IMG/VR virus record: IMGVR_UViG_3300005998_000005
Coordinates: 940 to 64,939 of that record
Reading direction: 5' to 3' (one strand)
Length of the DNA: 64,000 bases
DNA from: a virus
A model generated the notes under the pieces. That model had not been told where the DNA came from. It saw nothing but the letters and a program-made list of their open reading frames with translations, and ran no database searches. Positions 22,617 through 33,832 of this stretch are shown here, in pieces. Position 1 is the stretch's first letter; each line of letters starts with the position of its first letter. Made by a program: the position numbers and the translations under genes.

Positions 22617-22735
22617 TTTAACCGGACGGCATCCCATAGGGGCACAATCCGGCTACATTAGGTTAAACAGGGTTAAAGATATATAGATGAAATGAAAAAA
22701 TCAAGTTTTCTTTCCGGATTTAACCGAGTTTAGCC
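22617..22735 (-). promoter_or_regulatory. Sigma70-type promoter of the defence island with phased operator-like repeats
   Basis: TTGATT (22699-22704)-N17-TATCTT (22676-22681); GGTTAAA at 22661 and 22671, TTTAACC/TTTAGCC at 22719 and 22729, TTTAACC at 22617. Confidence 0.65.
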
Positions 22736-22801
22736 GAATTTCTTGCCATGCCAGTACCCATCGGGAAGGCTCAAACTGCCTTGGAGGATATGGTCGAGGC
22801 T

Positions 22802-22843
22802 AAAAAGAAACGCCCCGGAAGCGTGCGGGCTCTCCGGGGCGTT
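22802..22843 (-). terminator. Intrinsic terminator ending the phage tail operon
   Basis: 11-bp stem AACGCCCCGGA/TCCGGGGCGTT followed by a U-rich tract on the minus strand. Confidence 0.7.
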
Positions 22844-22869
22844 GGCTGTTTTTTGTGGATGGGATGGGA

Positions 22870-23127
22870 TCAGGTATCCGGGCTGCTACCGGTAATCAGG
22901 CTGGTGTGAATCTCCTTATTCAGGGATTCATCCAGCTTCATTTTATCCAGAAAGGCGGTGCAGGCTTCGGCCTCATGGAGCGGCAATCCCAGTTCTTCCT
23001 CCAACCGGTTCAACCTGTGGTGCAGGTTTTCGATCAGATTGAAGGAGTGATCCCGGACCAGTCCTTCCCGTTTTTCCTGTGGAGACGGGATGTATTCGGT
23101 CATCCCGCCACGGCGTTTAACAATCAT
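22870..23127 (-). CDS. Small phage hypothetical protein
   Basis: Last ORF of the tail operon, before the terminator. Confidence 0.55.
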   Translation of the reverse strand: MIVKRRGGMTEYIPSPQEKREGLVRDHSFNLIENLHHRLNRLEEELGLPLHEAEACTAFLDKMKLDESLNKEIHTSLITGSSPDT

Positions 23128-23140
23128 CTCGGGTCCTCCA

Positions 23141-26100
23141 TCAGCTCAGGGTTGCACCGAGGGTGTGAATCCTCGGATAAGTCAATACGGTTCCGGTCAG
23201 CTCAGCCTTGTAGCGAACCTTGTTACCCTGCGGATCGCTGAAGGTTCGGACCAGCGTGTATTCGGTCCAGTCTTCATCGATGGGTCGGGTATCGTCGATG
23301 GTCATGGTTTCCCATGTTTCACCGCCGTCATTGGAGGCGAACCACTGGACACTGGTGCCGCTGGGGATATCCATCTGGGTGTAGACCTTGGTGGATTCCA
23401 CGCCCTGCGTCAGTTCATTCTCACGGGTCAGATAGGTTCCTGCGGTGTTGTTGAGGTAGCCGATCAGATTGACATCCCGGAAGTTGAGCGCCGGAGTGTC
23501 GTTGCCCATGCCGGTGCTGAAGCGCACCCGGACCAAGACGCCATTGGCCAGATTGGGCAGACGCTCTTCCTCGGCCGGAACGACCGCATCCCATGTCACG
23601 CCGCCATCGGTGGAGTATTCCCAGATCAGATGGGTGCCTTCCGGGATAGCTGAATATTCATCGATATTCAGATCGGAGAACTGCACACCGCTGACCGGCT
23701 TAAACTGGACCGTGCCTTCGTTCTCGAACTCATAGCCATAGAGTTTCATGGTGAGGTCGGAGCCGTTGAGCGGAGTCCAGGTCTCGGCATTGGAGCTTTC
23801 CAGAAGCACACCTTCGGCATAGGTCTGGCGAGTGATAATGCCCTGACGGCTGGTCTTGCCGAGGGTGGCCGTGCGCACCTTGTAGTTGGTGCTGTTGGTC
23901 AGCAGGACCACCGCATAGCTGGTATTGGCTTCGGCGTAAAACGGATCATCGAAGCTAATCTTGGTTTCACCGCCGAGATTGATTTCCGAAGGAGCGATTA
24001 CCTTTTCGGCAAAGATGGTGTCGTTGGGCAATCCGGTGGTAACGCCTCGAATCTGAACCGTTACCGGAATGGAGGCATCCCGCTCGGTAAACTGAATGCC
24101 CACAGCCGAGAGCACCCGGTTTTCGGTAAAGCTGAATGTCTGCGCCAACGGATCACGGCGGACGAAGATGGTGCGGGTTCTCCAGACGGTACGCACAACC
24201 GGCACACGAACGATGCGGGTGATGATGTTGGTCTGGATAAATCGCTGGATACGGGTGATCACCAGCGGATCATTGATTGGCTGGCCCGGGCGGTGTACCG
24301 ACCATCCGCCATTTCCACGATACGGTTGCCGTTGCGGGCTTCCGTCGGCACCGTGAAGGAAGCGGTCACACGTCCGGCATCATCACTCACCAGATTGCTG
24401 GCCATGACCCGGCCGTCACAGCGCAGGACAATCCCGGAGCGATCCGGCGTGAAGTGATGCCCGTTACCGCAATGCCGGTCTGGCCACGACGGCCGATATT
24501 GGGCGTGACCTGCAGCATGGCAGGCGGCTTTTCAAAGACCGCATACGGGTTGATATTGCGTTCCTCGGACCAGTCGCTCTGTTCGAGCACCACCTGTTCC
24601 GAGCCCGGCAACAGCGCCAGACTGCCGAAGAAGCTGGTATCGCTGGCTCCGAGATCCACATCGAGCGGATTGGAAATGGCCGAGCGATCGGGAGAGGCAA
24701 ACTTGCCCAGTTCATTGACCCGGGCGTCCCACTCGGCGTGATAAATATCCGACTGCGCCGTATTGGAGAAGTCATCCGAATAGATGCCTTTCTTGGACTG
24801 AGCGTCGCGGTTCTGCAGCTCGTTGTTCATCTGGTACTGGGCATCGTTGTATTTCAGATCCTCCACATCTTTGATGATGTCATGGATCTGATCCATGGTG
24901 ATGCGGGTGAGCCCGAAATTGCGGATGGTCATATCGGTGGAGTTGGGCGGGCAGTCGATGCTGCACAGACCCAAGGTATCCTCCGGAACGATCGGCAGCT
25001 TGGGAAAGTCCGCCGGAGCGCCTTCGAGTCTTTTGATCTCCCGGGTGGTGGCGTAGATGATGTCCTTGCGGCCGAGATAATAATCATAATCGATACTGCA
25101 GTTGGAGCCGTTGACCGGTTCATCGCCAAGTGCTCCGCGACCGAAGTTGACCACATTGAGATTGCCCAACTCGATCTGGGTCGTGGACATGGAAACCGCC
25201 GCCGAACTGCTGGCCGGTGGATTGGATGCCACGGGCTCATCCACCGCGTCATCGATATAGGAGATGGCTTCGCTGCCCAGCTCCTTGATGCGCTGAAAGT
25301 CGGTTCTGGAGCCATTGGTCGTGGCCCGGTAAACCCGGTAGCCGGTGGCACCGTTGACCGGCAGCCATGAAAGACGGTTCATCTCTCCGGCCAATGTCAT
25401 TCTCGAAAGAACACTGCCGGAGTTGAATGCGGTTTCACCGGAACCGTCGAAAGCCGTCACCACATAATGATAGGTTCCAGCCGTCGGATGGGCAGTGATG
25501 CCAAACCAGCCGCCATCCACATAATCCTCGCCTTTGATCATCTGCTTGGTGTAGGTCCAGCGCACGGTATAGGTGGTTCCGATGGCCGGTTCATTGCCGG
25601 AGCCGATCCAGTCCACATGGTTACCGGACTGCTGCCAGTCGATGCCTTCCTGAAAAATGGTGGCTCCCTGACTGACCTCCAGAATATCGACGACCGGATT
25701 GGGATCGAGCAGATCCTCACCGCCGCCGACCGAACCACGGGTCACATTGGCGGTCATCTCCACAATAGCTTCCACCTGCGTGGTTTCTTTGAGCGGCGTG
25801 GAGTTGACTGGGTAACGGCGCTGGCTGATGTTGTAGGTCTTTTGTTCACCACGCACCGACTTGATGGCCACCGACTTGGGAATCAGCGTGGAGGTAGGCA
25901 GATCTCGCTGATGACGGAAACCCTGAATGTAGGCCCGGCCCGCGTTGGTGATCACCTCGACATCGGTATCATCCACCGAACCGATAAAGCTGTCGAATCC
26001 GCTGACCAGATAGCTGCCCGCCTGATCGAAGGTACGCTCGGCAAGGTTCTGCAAAAGCGAATTGAGTCCTTCGGCAGCAGCAAAAGAGAGCTGATCTTCG

Positions 26101-26696
26101 GTAATGGAAGAAACCGTAATCCGGCTGCCGGGAAGCGTGCCCAGCAGGTCGCGCAGATACAGATTAGATTTTTCCTGCACCGTCGCTGTAACATCCCCGG
26201 TCTCCCGGTCGAATTTGTAAAAGGGTACCACCTTGCGCTCGGTCACGTTGTTGGGAAGCGTCAGGCCGGTGGTGTCGGTGGTCTTCAGCGCCAGCACCCA
26301 TTTCTCGCGCTCAGCGGTGGGTTCTCCAGTGGCCGGGTTGATCAGCGACGGGTCCTGTGTGTAGCCGTAATTGTATTTGAGCAGCTCGGCATAGACATAA
26401 TCCGCTCCACTGGTGGTGGCGGGATCATAGGTCAAGGTGGCTCCGGCGACCGCTTCCACATGGCCGTCGATGTAGACCATGCCCGGCGTAAGCGTGAGCA
26501 CGTTATCCTGTACCGTGACATCGAGGCCGCTCAGAATCGATCCCTCCTTGAAAAGGATATCGGCAATCTTGCGGCGCTCGAGGTTGATTAGTTCCTGCTG
26601 TTCGTTCAGTTCCGAATCAAGCAGATCCCGGTCCTGATTATAGCGGATGCGTTTGTAGTTCTTGGCGGGATCGAATGTATCTCTTGAAATACTCAT
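23141..26696 (-). pseudogene. DUF4815-like large baseplate/tail protein, frameshifts near 24455 and 24278
   Basis: N-terminal FDPAKNYKRIRYNQDRDLLDSELNEQQ, IKDVEDLKY; the reading GINFTPDRSG...DGRVMASNL...INDPLVITRIQ can be rebuilt across two frameshifts. Confidence 0.72.
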
Positions 26697-26711
26697 CTCT
26701 TTTACCTCCGG

Positions 26712-27245
26712 TTATATTTTGATGATCCCGACCAGCTCCACGCGGGTATCGGAAATCTTGTTGAAATCTGGAATGTTCTTCACTTCGTACAGGTAGCCCG
26801 GAAGTAGCACCTCTCCGACGGGGTTGGTGTCCTGATGAAACACACCGCCCATGGCCAGATCACCGCTCACGCTGGCCACATATTCGACGTCGCCGCCGAA
26901 AAAGCCGTATTCCCTGATGGTGATGCCGTTGGCCTCGGCCTCATCAAAACGAAAGAAGATGCCGATGGTGTTGGTCTCTTCTCCGGTTTCCAGATAGCGG
27001 ACTCCGTTGACCACCAGCGCACCTTCGCCATCCTCCTTGAGGAAGGTACGTTTGTAGAACCGCTTTCTGGCCCGCTCGTTTTTGAGGGCCGTCTGCTCGA
27101 TATCCGGCGCAGGCGGATTCTGCGGTTCGGTGAATGTTTCATCTCCATCCCCGATGGCGCAGTGGGTTATACCTTCCACTGCCTGTCCCATCAGGAGCTT
27201 TGCCGTCAATACACGGCCTGATTTGACTATGAGTCCCAATGCCAT
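26712..27245 (-). CDS. Phage baseplate/tail-fibre attachment protein
   Basis: ITHCAIGDG...TALKNE, EANGITIREYGFFGG, typical of tail-collar proteins. Confidence 0.6.
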   Translation of the reverse strand: MALGLIVKSGRVLTAKLLMGQAVEGITHCAIGDGDETFTEPQNPPAPDIEQTALKNERARKRFYKRTFLKEDGEGALVVNGVRYLETGEETNTIGIFFRFDEAEANGITIREYGFFGGDVEYVASVSGDLAMGGVFHQDTNPVGEVLLPGYLYEVKNIPDFNKISDTRVELVGIIKI

Positions 27246-27255
27246 GGTCTTCTCC

Positions 27256-27717
27256 TTATGTTTGAATCTCGTGTTCTTCGTTGATAATCACATTGAAAAT
27301 GGTCAGCCCCGTGTCGGCGGAACGGCCAAATTGCTGCTCCAGATGCTGGGCGGTATCGGCCGTCAATGCCCGGAAGCCGCTGATCCTGAGAGCGGTATCC
27401 AGCATCGCCTGCCGGGGATGCGTCACCCGGACGGCAGCAAAAGCCAGCTGTTCAAATGCCTGCGGAATGATCAGCCAGGTGTCGGAATCCCGCTGGATAT
27501 TGCCCGCCACAATGGCCTGACTGTCGGCCATCATTGAACGCTGGTTCGAAGCTCGGACAGAGGCATCCGCCTGAATCACGATGGTCCGTCTTTGATCCCG
27601 GGGACCGAACAGGTCGAAAAAGGCTCCCTGCACAGGCGGCAGGTTGACTTGAAATTCGGGTCTGCGAGTGCCTCGGATAATGGCAGGTCGAATGATTGCT
27701 CCCTTATGCGCGGCCAC
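27256..27717 (-). CDS. Phage hypothetical protein
   Basis: 153 aa, coupled within the tail operon. Confidence 0.55.
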   Translation of the reverse strand: MAAHKGAIIRPAIIRGTRRPEFQVNLPPVQGAFFDLFGPRDQRRTIVIQADASVRASNQRSMMADSQAIVAGNIQRDSDTWLIIPQAFEQLAFAAVRVTHPRQAMLDTALRISGFRALTADTAQHLEQQFGRSADTGLTIFNVIINEEHEIQT

Positions 27718-27840
27718 GACGAATCCTCCCGGTCATCTTGAAAGCCATTCCCTTGTTGAAATTGGCCAACGGTTGCGGAACACGCCGACCTTTCACTTGG
27801 GTTATGGTTTTGATTTGTCCTTTAACAACAGCCATGAGCC

Positions 27841-28830
27841 TTACTCCTTAATCGCACACCAGCCACCGCCGGAGAGGTTGAATACCCGATAAGAATCCGA
27901 GCCGATTTCGACGGTGTCCTCGGAGGCCACGTTGGCTCCGCCGGTGGCATAGATTTCGATGAGTTCCCCGCGCAGCTCCTGATAGCTGTCAGCGCCGTTC
28001 ATGCTGACCAGCCATGGGAAAAGAATGGTGGTGTCGTAGCGGCGTTCCGGATCGGTATCGCTTTGCAGGTTGCCGTGTGCTGCACCGCAACGGCCACGCT
28101 GACCGCTGGCAGAATTCCAGCCGTCGAACTTGTTCAAGGCATAAAAAGTGTTCGGCATGTTGTAGTAACCGGTGATGACCGGCTGAGGGTCCTCGCCGAT
28201 TTTGGCTCCGGCCGCATAATCGCTGACGAGTGTTTCGATGGTCACGGTATTGGGCGTGGCAACCGTATCGATGGCGGTAATTTTGACCCGCTCGATATTG
28301 GCGTCGTCTTTGATGATGTAATGCTGATCGGGTGTGAAGATCGAGACGTCGTTGACCTGTGCCACCACGGCGCTGCCGTTGACAATCGCTGCCTGAGTGA
28401 TGGCAACCGCCGAGGACCAGAACCGTTTGATGGAACCGCTGTAATGGCCGTAATAGGTCGAGACAATCTTGCTGACGACGAATACATGGTCGAGGTCGGC
28501 ATACAGCCAATAAATGAAATCGGCGTTGTCCTCCGCTCGGAGATAGGTGTACGAGCTGTAGAACGCTTCGCCTGCACCGGTCTGGGTGGTGTTGTCCCAA
28601 TACTGGAAGGCGGCCACTTCAATGCGGCCGGAGCTCTGTCCGATCTGGAAGCGCAGATAGATATCCTCCGCTCCGGATTCCCCGACAGATTTAAATACGT
28701 AGTACGGCCGGGCATCGGCGGACTGATCGTCATGCAGTGTCCAGCCAACGGTGGTGACCAGAAAATCTTTGATCTTGTTCAGCAGGTCCAATCGGCCGCT
28801 GGCGGTTCCCTGAATACTTTGATAAGCCAT
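27841..28830 (-). CDS. Putative virion structural protein
   Basis: 329 aa, beta-rich, RBS GGAG; MAYQSIQGTA...LLNKIKDFLVTTVGWT-type start. Confidence 0.6.
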   Translation of the reverse strand: MAYQSIQGTASGRLDLLNKIKDFLVTTVGWTLHDDQSADARPYYVFKSVGESGAEDIYLRFQIGQSSGRIEVAAFQYWDNTTQTGAGEAFYSSYTYLRAEDNADFIYWLYADLDHVFVVSKIVSTYYGHYSGSIKRFWSSAVAITQAAIVNGSAVVAQVNDVSIFTPDQHYIIKDDANIERVKITAIDTVATPNTVTIETLVSDYAAGAKIGEDPQPVITGYYNMPNTFYALNKFDGWNSASGQRGRCGAAHGNLQSDTDPERRYDTTILFPWLVSMNGADSYQELRGELIEIYATGGANVASEDTVEIGSDSYRVFNLSGGGWCAIKE

Positions 28831-28840
28831 GGTTTACTCC

Positions 28841-29434
28841 TTATAAAACGGGGTTCTCTGTTCCGGTGAGGCGCAGCTTGATATCGATCTTGTTCTGGAC
28901 GGGTGTGCCCGAAAGCACCGTGCAGCGACGCCAGAAAGAGATGGTCTGATTGTGGGCCTTGGCTCCGAGGTTGAGCGGGGCACTCTGAGTGGCGGCATCG
29001 AGTTCGGCCTGCGTGAGGGCGAGCTTGTACCAGACCGATTCATCGGTTTCGAACTCGTCGATCGGGTCCACCACCAGCCCTGTATAGTCGTATCCGGAAT
29101 AGACCGGCGCATCGGCCGCGTGAGATGCTGCCACGGTGTTGGCCACGGCACGTCTTACGGTCAGATTGATGGTTCCGCCGCCGGAAAGGATCTGCATCTG
29201 CTCGGTGCCGACCACAATGTATTCCGCATCGGCAAAGCGCGGTTCAGTCAGTTCTATGTCGGTCTGGATGTCATCGATCGGTGCGGCGAGCGTGGTCTGT
29301 TCATTGGCCACGAAAATCTGCCGGTCTTTGATTTCTCCATCCGTGCCGTTGTAGTTGTCCGCATCCGGATTGCTGAAATCGCCTTCCGAAATCTGCTGGG
29401 TCAACTGTTCATCGAGGTATAAATGAATTGCCAT
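28841..29434 (-). CDS. Putative tail protein
   Basis: Contains TVRRAVANTVAASHAADAPV, a motif common in tail proteins. Confidence 0.55.
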   Translation of the reverse strand: MAIHLYLDEQLTQQISEGDFSNPDADNYNGTDGEIKDRQIFVANEQTTLAAPIDDIQTDIELTEPRFADAEYIVVGTEQMQILSGGGTINLTVRRAVANTVAASHAADAPVYSGYDYTGLVVDPIDEFETDESVWYKLALTQAELDAATQSAPLNLGAKAHNQTISFWRRCTVLSGTPVQNKIDIKLRLTGTENPVL

Positions 29435-29443
29435 AATCTCTCC

Positions 29444-31018
29444 TTAAACAGGCCATTGGGTTACTTGGTATTTATTCACGGCGCTCTCTGTCGCGGCTTC
29501 CTGCGCCTCACTGAAATCCTGCTGACGGAACAGCCAGCGGTAGGACGGCTCGGTGAACCGGAAACCCGCCTGATTGAGTTTCATCCGGCCGATGCGGAGC
29601 GGTCGGGTCCGATCCACGGAGAGGCGTAAAGAGGTCGTGTTGAGAGCGCGTTGGTTGAGGCTCAAAGGCACAATCCGTGGGCGTTGGAGAGAACCTGTAT
29701 CCACATAGACTTCAAGCGATGCCCGTTCTCCGGTGAGGTTCGCATTGGTCAAAGTCCGGTTGTTGAGGACATTCGCGTTAAGCTTGAATACAGGCCCTCT
29801 CCGATGCCAGCGGTTGATCAGATCGGATGCTTCGGTTACACCGGCTTTGCATCCGGCGGCGGCCACCAGCAGCGCACTGCTGTGTCCACCCTGAATGGCA
29901 TTGATGACCACATCCCCGTTGAGCGGTGAGCGGCCCAGCTGGAAGCATTGCCGGTTTCTCGCTTCGATGTTTAAGCCGAAGGTCTGTCTGTTTTGCAGGG
30001 CTTCCGAAGCCTCTGCCTGCAGAGTTGAAAAGAGGTCTTTCTGCCTGAAGCAGCAAAGGGTTTCCGCATCGGCAAAGGACAGTTTGCGGCGGTTGAGATG
30101 ATCAGCTGACAGGTTGAAGCCAGACTCGACAATATCGGCGAGGTAATCTCTGCCGGTATAGATCGGGTTGCAGAAAGACAGCCTGTCCTCGCGGATGGAG
30201 GTGTTCACCAGCCGTCTTTCGTTAAGCGGCCTGTGATTGAGGCGCATCCTGTTTTGACGGCCATGAAAGCGGGAGACCTTGTTGGCGGCCCTATCGATTT
30301 CCGGAACCATCTCCACCGTGCTGGTCAGCTGCAGGTAATCGTATATCCGCTGCTTGTTGGTCAGATGGCGACAGGAGCCAAGACGGCTTCTTCCCAGCAC
30401 GAAAGTTTCATCGAGAAAAGCCAGAACCACGCTGCGGACATGGGCGGCATTCTGAAATTCCAGATCAGACCCGATCTCCAGAAAAGTGGCCAGCCACTGT
30501 AGAAAAAACGCCCGGGTGCCTGCCGGGTGATGAAATGACAATGCATCCCGTACACCTTCAGCCAGGTTGAGACTGTGAACCCGATACACTCCGAGGCTGA
30601 ACACATTGCCGGGGAGTTTTGCCGAGCTCAAACGGGAGCGGGAGTTCAAACGGAGGGCGCTGCGGAAGGTTTCTTCGATCTGTCCCTCCCAGCCAATTGA
30701 CGCAAGACTACGATCGATGGCCGGAATGGTCCCTTTGCGACGGTAGATTTCGACCGTCTCACGAATCAGACGACGCTGGTTTTCCGGCGTGTCCGTGCCG
30801 TCATAGCGATGACCGACCAGATTCGCGAGCAAGGGCAGAAAACGCTCGTCACAGCGCTCCACATCAAAAATGTCGGGGAACCTGTCGATGGCGTCCTTGA
30901 TTTCATCGAGCGTACCTGCCGGGAGTGAAAGCAGAGAGCGAAGGTCGCCGCTTTCATCCTTGTGTTCATACAGCGGCGGCAGCAGATCGATGAGATTGTT
31001 CTGGAACCAGTCCGCCAC
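29444..31018 (-). CDS. Baseplate protein, P2 gpI-like N-terminus with a repeat-rich extension
   Basis: LIDLLPPLY...CDERFLPLLANLVG...YRRKGTIPAI; follows baseplate J. Confidence 0.72.
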   Translation of the reverse strand: MADWFQNNLIDLLPPLYEHKDESGDLRSLLSLPAGTLDEIKDAIDRFPDIFDVERCDERFLPLLANLVGHRYDGTDTPENQRRLIRETVEIYRRKGTIPAIDRSLASIGWEGQIEETFRSALRLNSRSRLSSAKLPGNVFSLGVYRVHSLNLAEGVRDALSFHHPAGTRAFFLQWLATFLEIGSDLEFQNAAHVRSVVLAFLDETFVLGRSRLGSCRHLTNKQRIYDYLQLTSTVEMVPEIDRAANKVSRFHGRQNRMRLNHRPLNERRLVNTSIREDRLSFCNPIYTGRDYLADIVESGFNLSADHLNRRKLSFADAETLCCFRQKDLFSTLQAEASEALQNRQTFGLNIEARNRQCFQLGRSPLNGDVVINAIQGGHSSALLVAAAGCKAGVTEASDLINRWHRRGPVFKLNANVLNNRTLTNANLTGERASLEVYVDTGSLQRPRIVPLSLNQRALNTTSLRLSVDRTRPLRIGRMKLNQAGFRFTEPSYRWLFRQQDFSEAQEAATESAVNKYQVTQWPV

Positions 31019-32427
31019 TATTCGGCCCTCCGCATGTCGAGATTGACCGAGCCGAGAACCGGTATTTCACCGCGCCCGAGTTCCACGTCCAGCTGGGGCG
31101 TGTAAAGATGAATGTGGCTAACTCCCCGAACACCATCGATCAGGGCAATGAGATCAGAAGAATGGATGGTCTGTCCGAAGCTCACCTGATCGAAAGCAAA
31201 GAAACCCGCCAGCGCCGATTCAATTCGACTGCGCACATTTTCGAGCGCTTCGCCCGGCCATGCATAGACTTCACAATCGATATGGATGGACCGGTACACC
31301 GGATCGAACAGATTCACCTCAACGGTGATCACCTTGCGACGTTCAAGATATTCAGCCAGATCACGCTTGAGAAGCCCGGACGGCATGCCGCCACCATTGG
31401 GCGCGATGGCCAGATGGACGTTGTAATAACGGATGTTCTGGCAGTCGTTGGTATCGAGCACCTTGGCCTTGGCGACACCGGGATAGCCCTCGGCAAGCGC
31501 CTTGTAGTCCTGAAGGGTTACCGCCTTCCAGAGACTGCGCAGTTCCGCCGGGGCCTGATTGCGGGCATGCTGAATGGTTTCCCGGGATGAGCCACCTGTG
31601 GCAGCCACCGGATTGGAGATGGTCAGCGGGATTTGAGCGCCGTCTTGGTAAATGGCTGAAAGAAGCTGTGTGATGTGGCCCGGCCCGATATTTCCCTTGG
31701 CTCCGAGGCTTTCGAGCCAGCTCACGGAAATGGTCTTTCCGGCAGCAGGAACCGCTCCGGCTTGGCCGTCACCAAAGAGAATGGAGGTAATATCCAAGGC
31801 ATCCGTGTCGGCCATAAAGTGAAGGCTGTCGCCATCGCTTTCCTGAAAATGGCGGACCTCACTCCAGGTATCATCATCGAGAAGAACACGGATGGTCGCC
31901 TGCGCGATGGAAACACCGCTCAAGTGAAAACGCTGCCACGGCTTTCCAGTAGCTTCCAGATCCTCAGATTTGCGGATTCCCTGCCGGGCGTAAATGTCGA
32001 CGGAGAGTTCACCACGGGGAATGAAGGCATCCTCCACGGTTTCAAAGTCGGCCTTGCCATCTTCAAGCAGTGCCCGGCACTGAGTTCCCGCCGGAATCGG
32101 CAGATCAGAATCGAGCGGAGCGGCCAGTGAAAAACGGATTGTGGTTGTGGAAGAGACCGGCGTATCGAGCTGATAGCCGATGAGCTTGCAGAGGTTGATC
32201 ACGTTCTGACGCTGGCGTGCTGTGGGCAGAAATGCCTCGGCAGCCTGCGCATCGAGGTAATAGGCCAGCATGTCACCGACACCACAGAACAGTTCCAGCA
32301 GAACAACTCCAAGGTCGGAGTGATTGAAATCGGTCCAGCGGTCTGTCAGCTGCGGCACTTTGGCCAGCAGCTCCTGCCGGATCGATTCATAATCCTTGTT
32401 GATATATTCAATGCTTGCGCGGCCCAT
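31018..32427 (-). CDS. Baseplate J-like wedge protein
   Basis: YINKDYESIRQEL, WTDFNHSDLGVVLLE, FGDGQAGAVP, KAVTLQDY; RBS GGAGG. Confidence 0.88.
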   Translation of the reverse strand: MGRASIEYINKDYESIRQELLAKVPQLTDRWTDFNHSDLGVVLLELFCGVGDMLAYYLDAQAAEAFLPTARQRQNVINLCKLIGYQLDTPVSSTTTIRFSLAAPLDSDLPIPAGTQCRALLEDGKADFETVEDAFIPRGELSVDIYARQGIRKSEDLEATGKPWQRFHLSGVSIAQATIRVLLDDDTWSEVRHFQESDGDSLHFMADTDALDITSILFGDGQAGAVPAAGKTISVSWLESLGAKGNIGPGHITQLLSAIYQDGAQIPLTISNPVAATGGSSRETIQHARNQAPAELRSLWKAVTLQDYKALAEGYPGVAKAKVLDTNDCQNIRYYNVHLAIAPNGGGMPSGLLKRDLAEYLERRKVITVEVNLFDPVYRSIHIDCEVYAWPGEALENVRSRIESALAGFFAFDQVSFGQTIHSSDLIALIDGVRGVSHIHLYTPQLDVELGRGEIPVLGSVNLDMRRAE

Positions 32428-32485
32428 TGTGCCTCCGGTTCGTTCGTCGTTTTTAAAGCGGAGCGATAAACTCCGCACACGCCGA

Positions 32486-32516
32486 TTACTTACCGGAAGC
32501 AGTCTGGAAGTGTCGG
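32486..32516 (-). promoter_or_regulatory. Bipartite late-promoter-like motif, copy upstream of baseplate J
   Basis: Plus strand TTACTTACCGGA-N14-GTCGG. Confidence 0.75.
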
Positions 32517-32520
32517 AGGT

Positions 32521-32935
32521 CTAAGGAAGTTCCCGGAAGAACGGGTAAACGAGGTTTCCTTCGACCTGAGTCTGGATGACCCTATAGGAAATGATGACAG
32601 GCAGTTGATTGAGGTCTTTATTGCGGGCGGAATCGTCGAAGGACACGTCCGTAATGACCACCCGTTTTTCCCAGCGACGGATCGCGTCGATGACATGATG
32701 GCGGATGAGACCTTTGAGCACTTCATCATTCTGTTCGAACACGAGGTCTTTCAGCTTTGAGCCGAATTCCGGATTCATGAACCGCTCGCCGGGCCTTGTC
32801 CCGAGAATCTGGATGATGCTTTCCCGAATATGTTCATGCTCCCGGGAGGTCGATGTGGAGACTTCGGCTCCGCCAGATATGGATTGAAAGTTTAGAGGGA
32901 ATTTTCAGCCCTGTACCGAGAAAATCGTAGTTCAT
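32521..32935 (-). pseudogene. gp25/GPW baseplate wedge protein, +1 frameshift in an A-run near 32903
   Basis: Removing one A gives MNYDFLGTGLKFPL...HIRESIIQILGTRPGERFMNPEFGS...IRRWEKRV. Confidence 0.82.
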
Positions 32936-33822
32936 AGGTCACGCTCCTCGCATTCAAGGTTGCAGAGTCCCTGACAGCCGGTGGTCCCGTCATTTGCACC
33001 CGATCCGTCACTCGGGAAACGAACAATCAAACTGGTGCCGCTTTTCATGGACAGATGTATGGTGCCGCCGCTTTCGATCAGGCCGCCATGCCCACTCTCT
33101 TCACAGGAGAAACCCTTGGCTCCATCGGCCAGAATGCGGACGGTGATGGTCTCGCCGACACCTTCAATTCGGGCAATGCCAAGGATATCGATGCTGCCTG
33201 AAGGATTGATGACGGACAGTGTTTTCAGTTGCTGGTCAAGCAGCAGCCTGTATGGGGCAAGCTCAATGCTGAAGCGATGTTCGGTCAATTGATCCACTTG
33301 GGCAGAGATCGGGAGTCCCTCGATTCCGGCCTGTTCCAGCGTAGTTTCGATCCATTCGGGCACCAGTTCATAGATGCGGCCGGGACTGACCTCCACGGAG
33401 CTTGCCGGTCCCGGAGTAACGACATGCGGCTCGCCATCGACAATGACCGATATGGTGTGATCATCGTTGGTTTTGAGGATCATGCCGTCAGACAGGGTAA
33501 ACAGACGATTGCCGTCCGGCAGGTCTTTTACTTGGCATCCTTCGGGGAGCGACACGAAGGGATAGAAATCCGGTGGCGGCTCGGTCGTGACCTGATCCAT
33601 ATAATCCTGTGTGTTCTGAATGTGTGCTTCCAGCGCCTCCTGTGCCTGCTGTTTCAATTCTTCCGATGCATTGTGAGAGGCTTCGATAATAGCCTTCATG
33701 CCTGCGATTTCGGTTTTGATCCCCGCAAGCTGCAGCGCCAGATCTCTGAGGATGAAATGGTTTTCTCCGGAATCGGTCTGTTCGACCACGGCACCGGCCT
33801 GAGGTTCTTCTATGGATATCAT
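32932..33822 (-). CDS. Phage hypothetical protein (baseplate region)
   Basis: 296 aa, ATGA overlap with gp25. Confidence 0.6.
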   Translation of the reverse strand: MISIEEPQAGAVVEQTDSGENHFILRDLALQLAGIKTEIAGMKAIIEASHNASEELKQQAQEALEAHIQNTQDYMDQVTTEPPPDFYPFVSLPEGCQVKDLPDGNRLFTLSDGMILKTNDDHTISVIVDGEPHVVTPGPASSVEVSPGRIYELVPEWIETTLEQAGIEGLPISAQVDQLTEHRFSIELAPYRLLLDQQLKTLSVINPSGSIDILGIARIEGVGETITVRILADGAKGFSCEESGHGGLIESGGTIHLSMKSGTSLIVRFPSDGSGANDGTTGCQGLCNLECEERDL

Positions 33823-33832
33823 GAGCGTTCTC

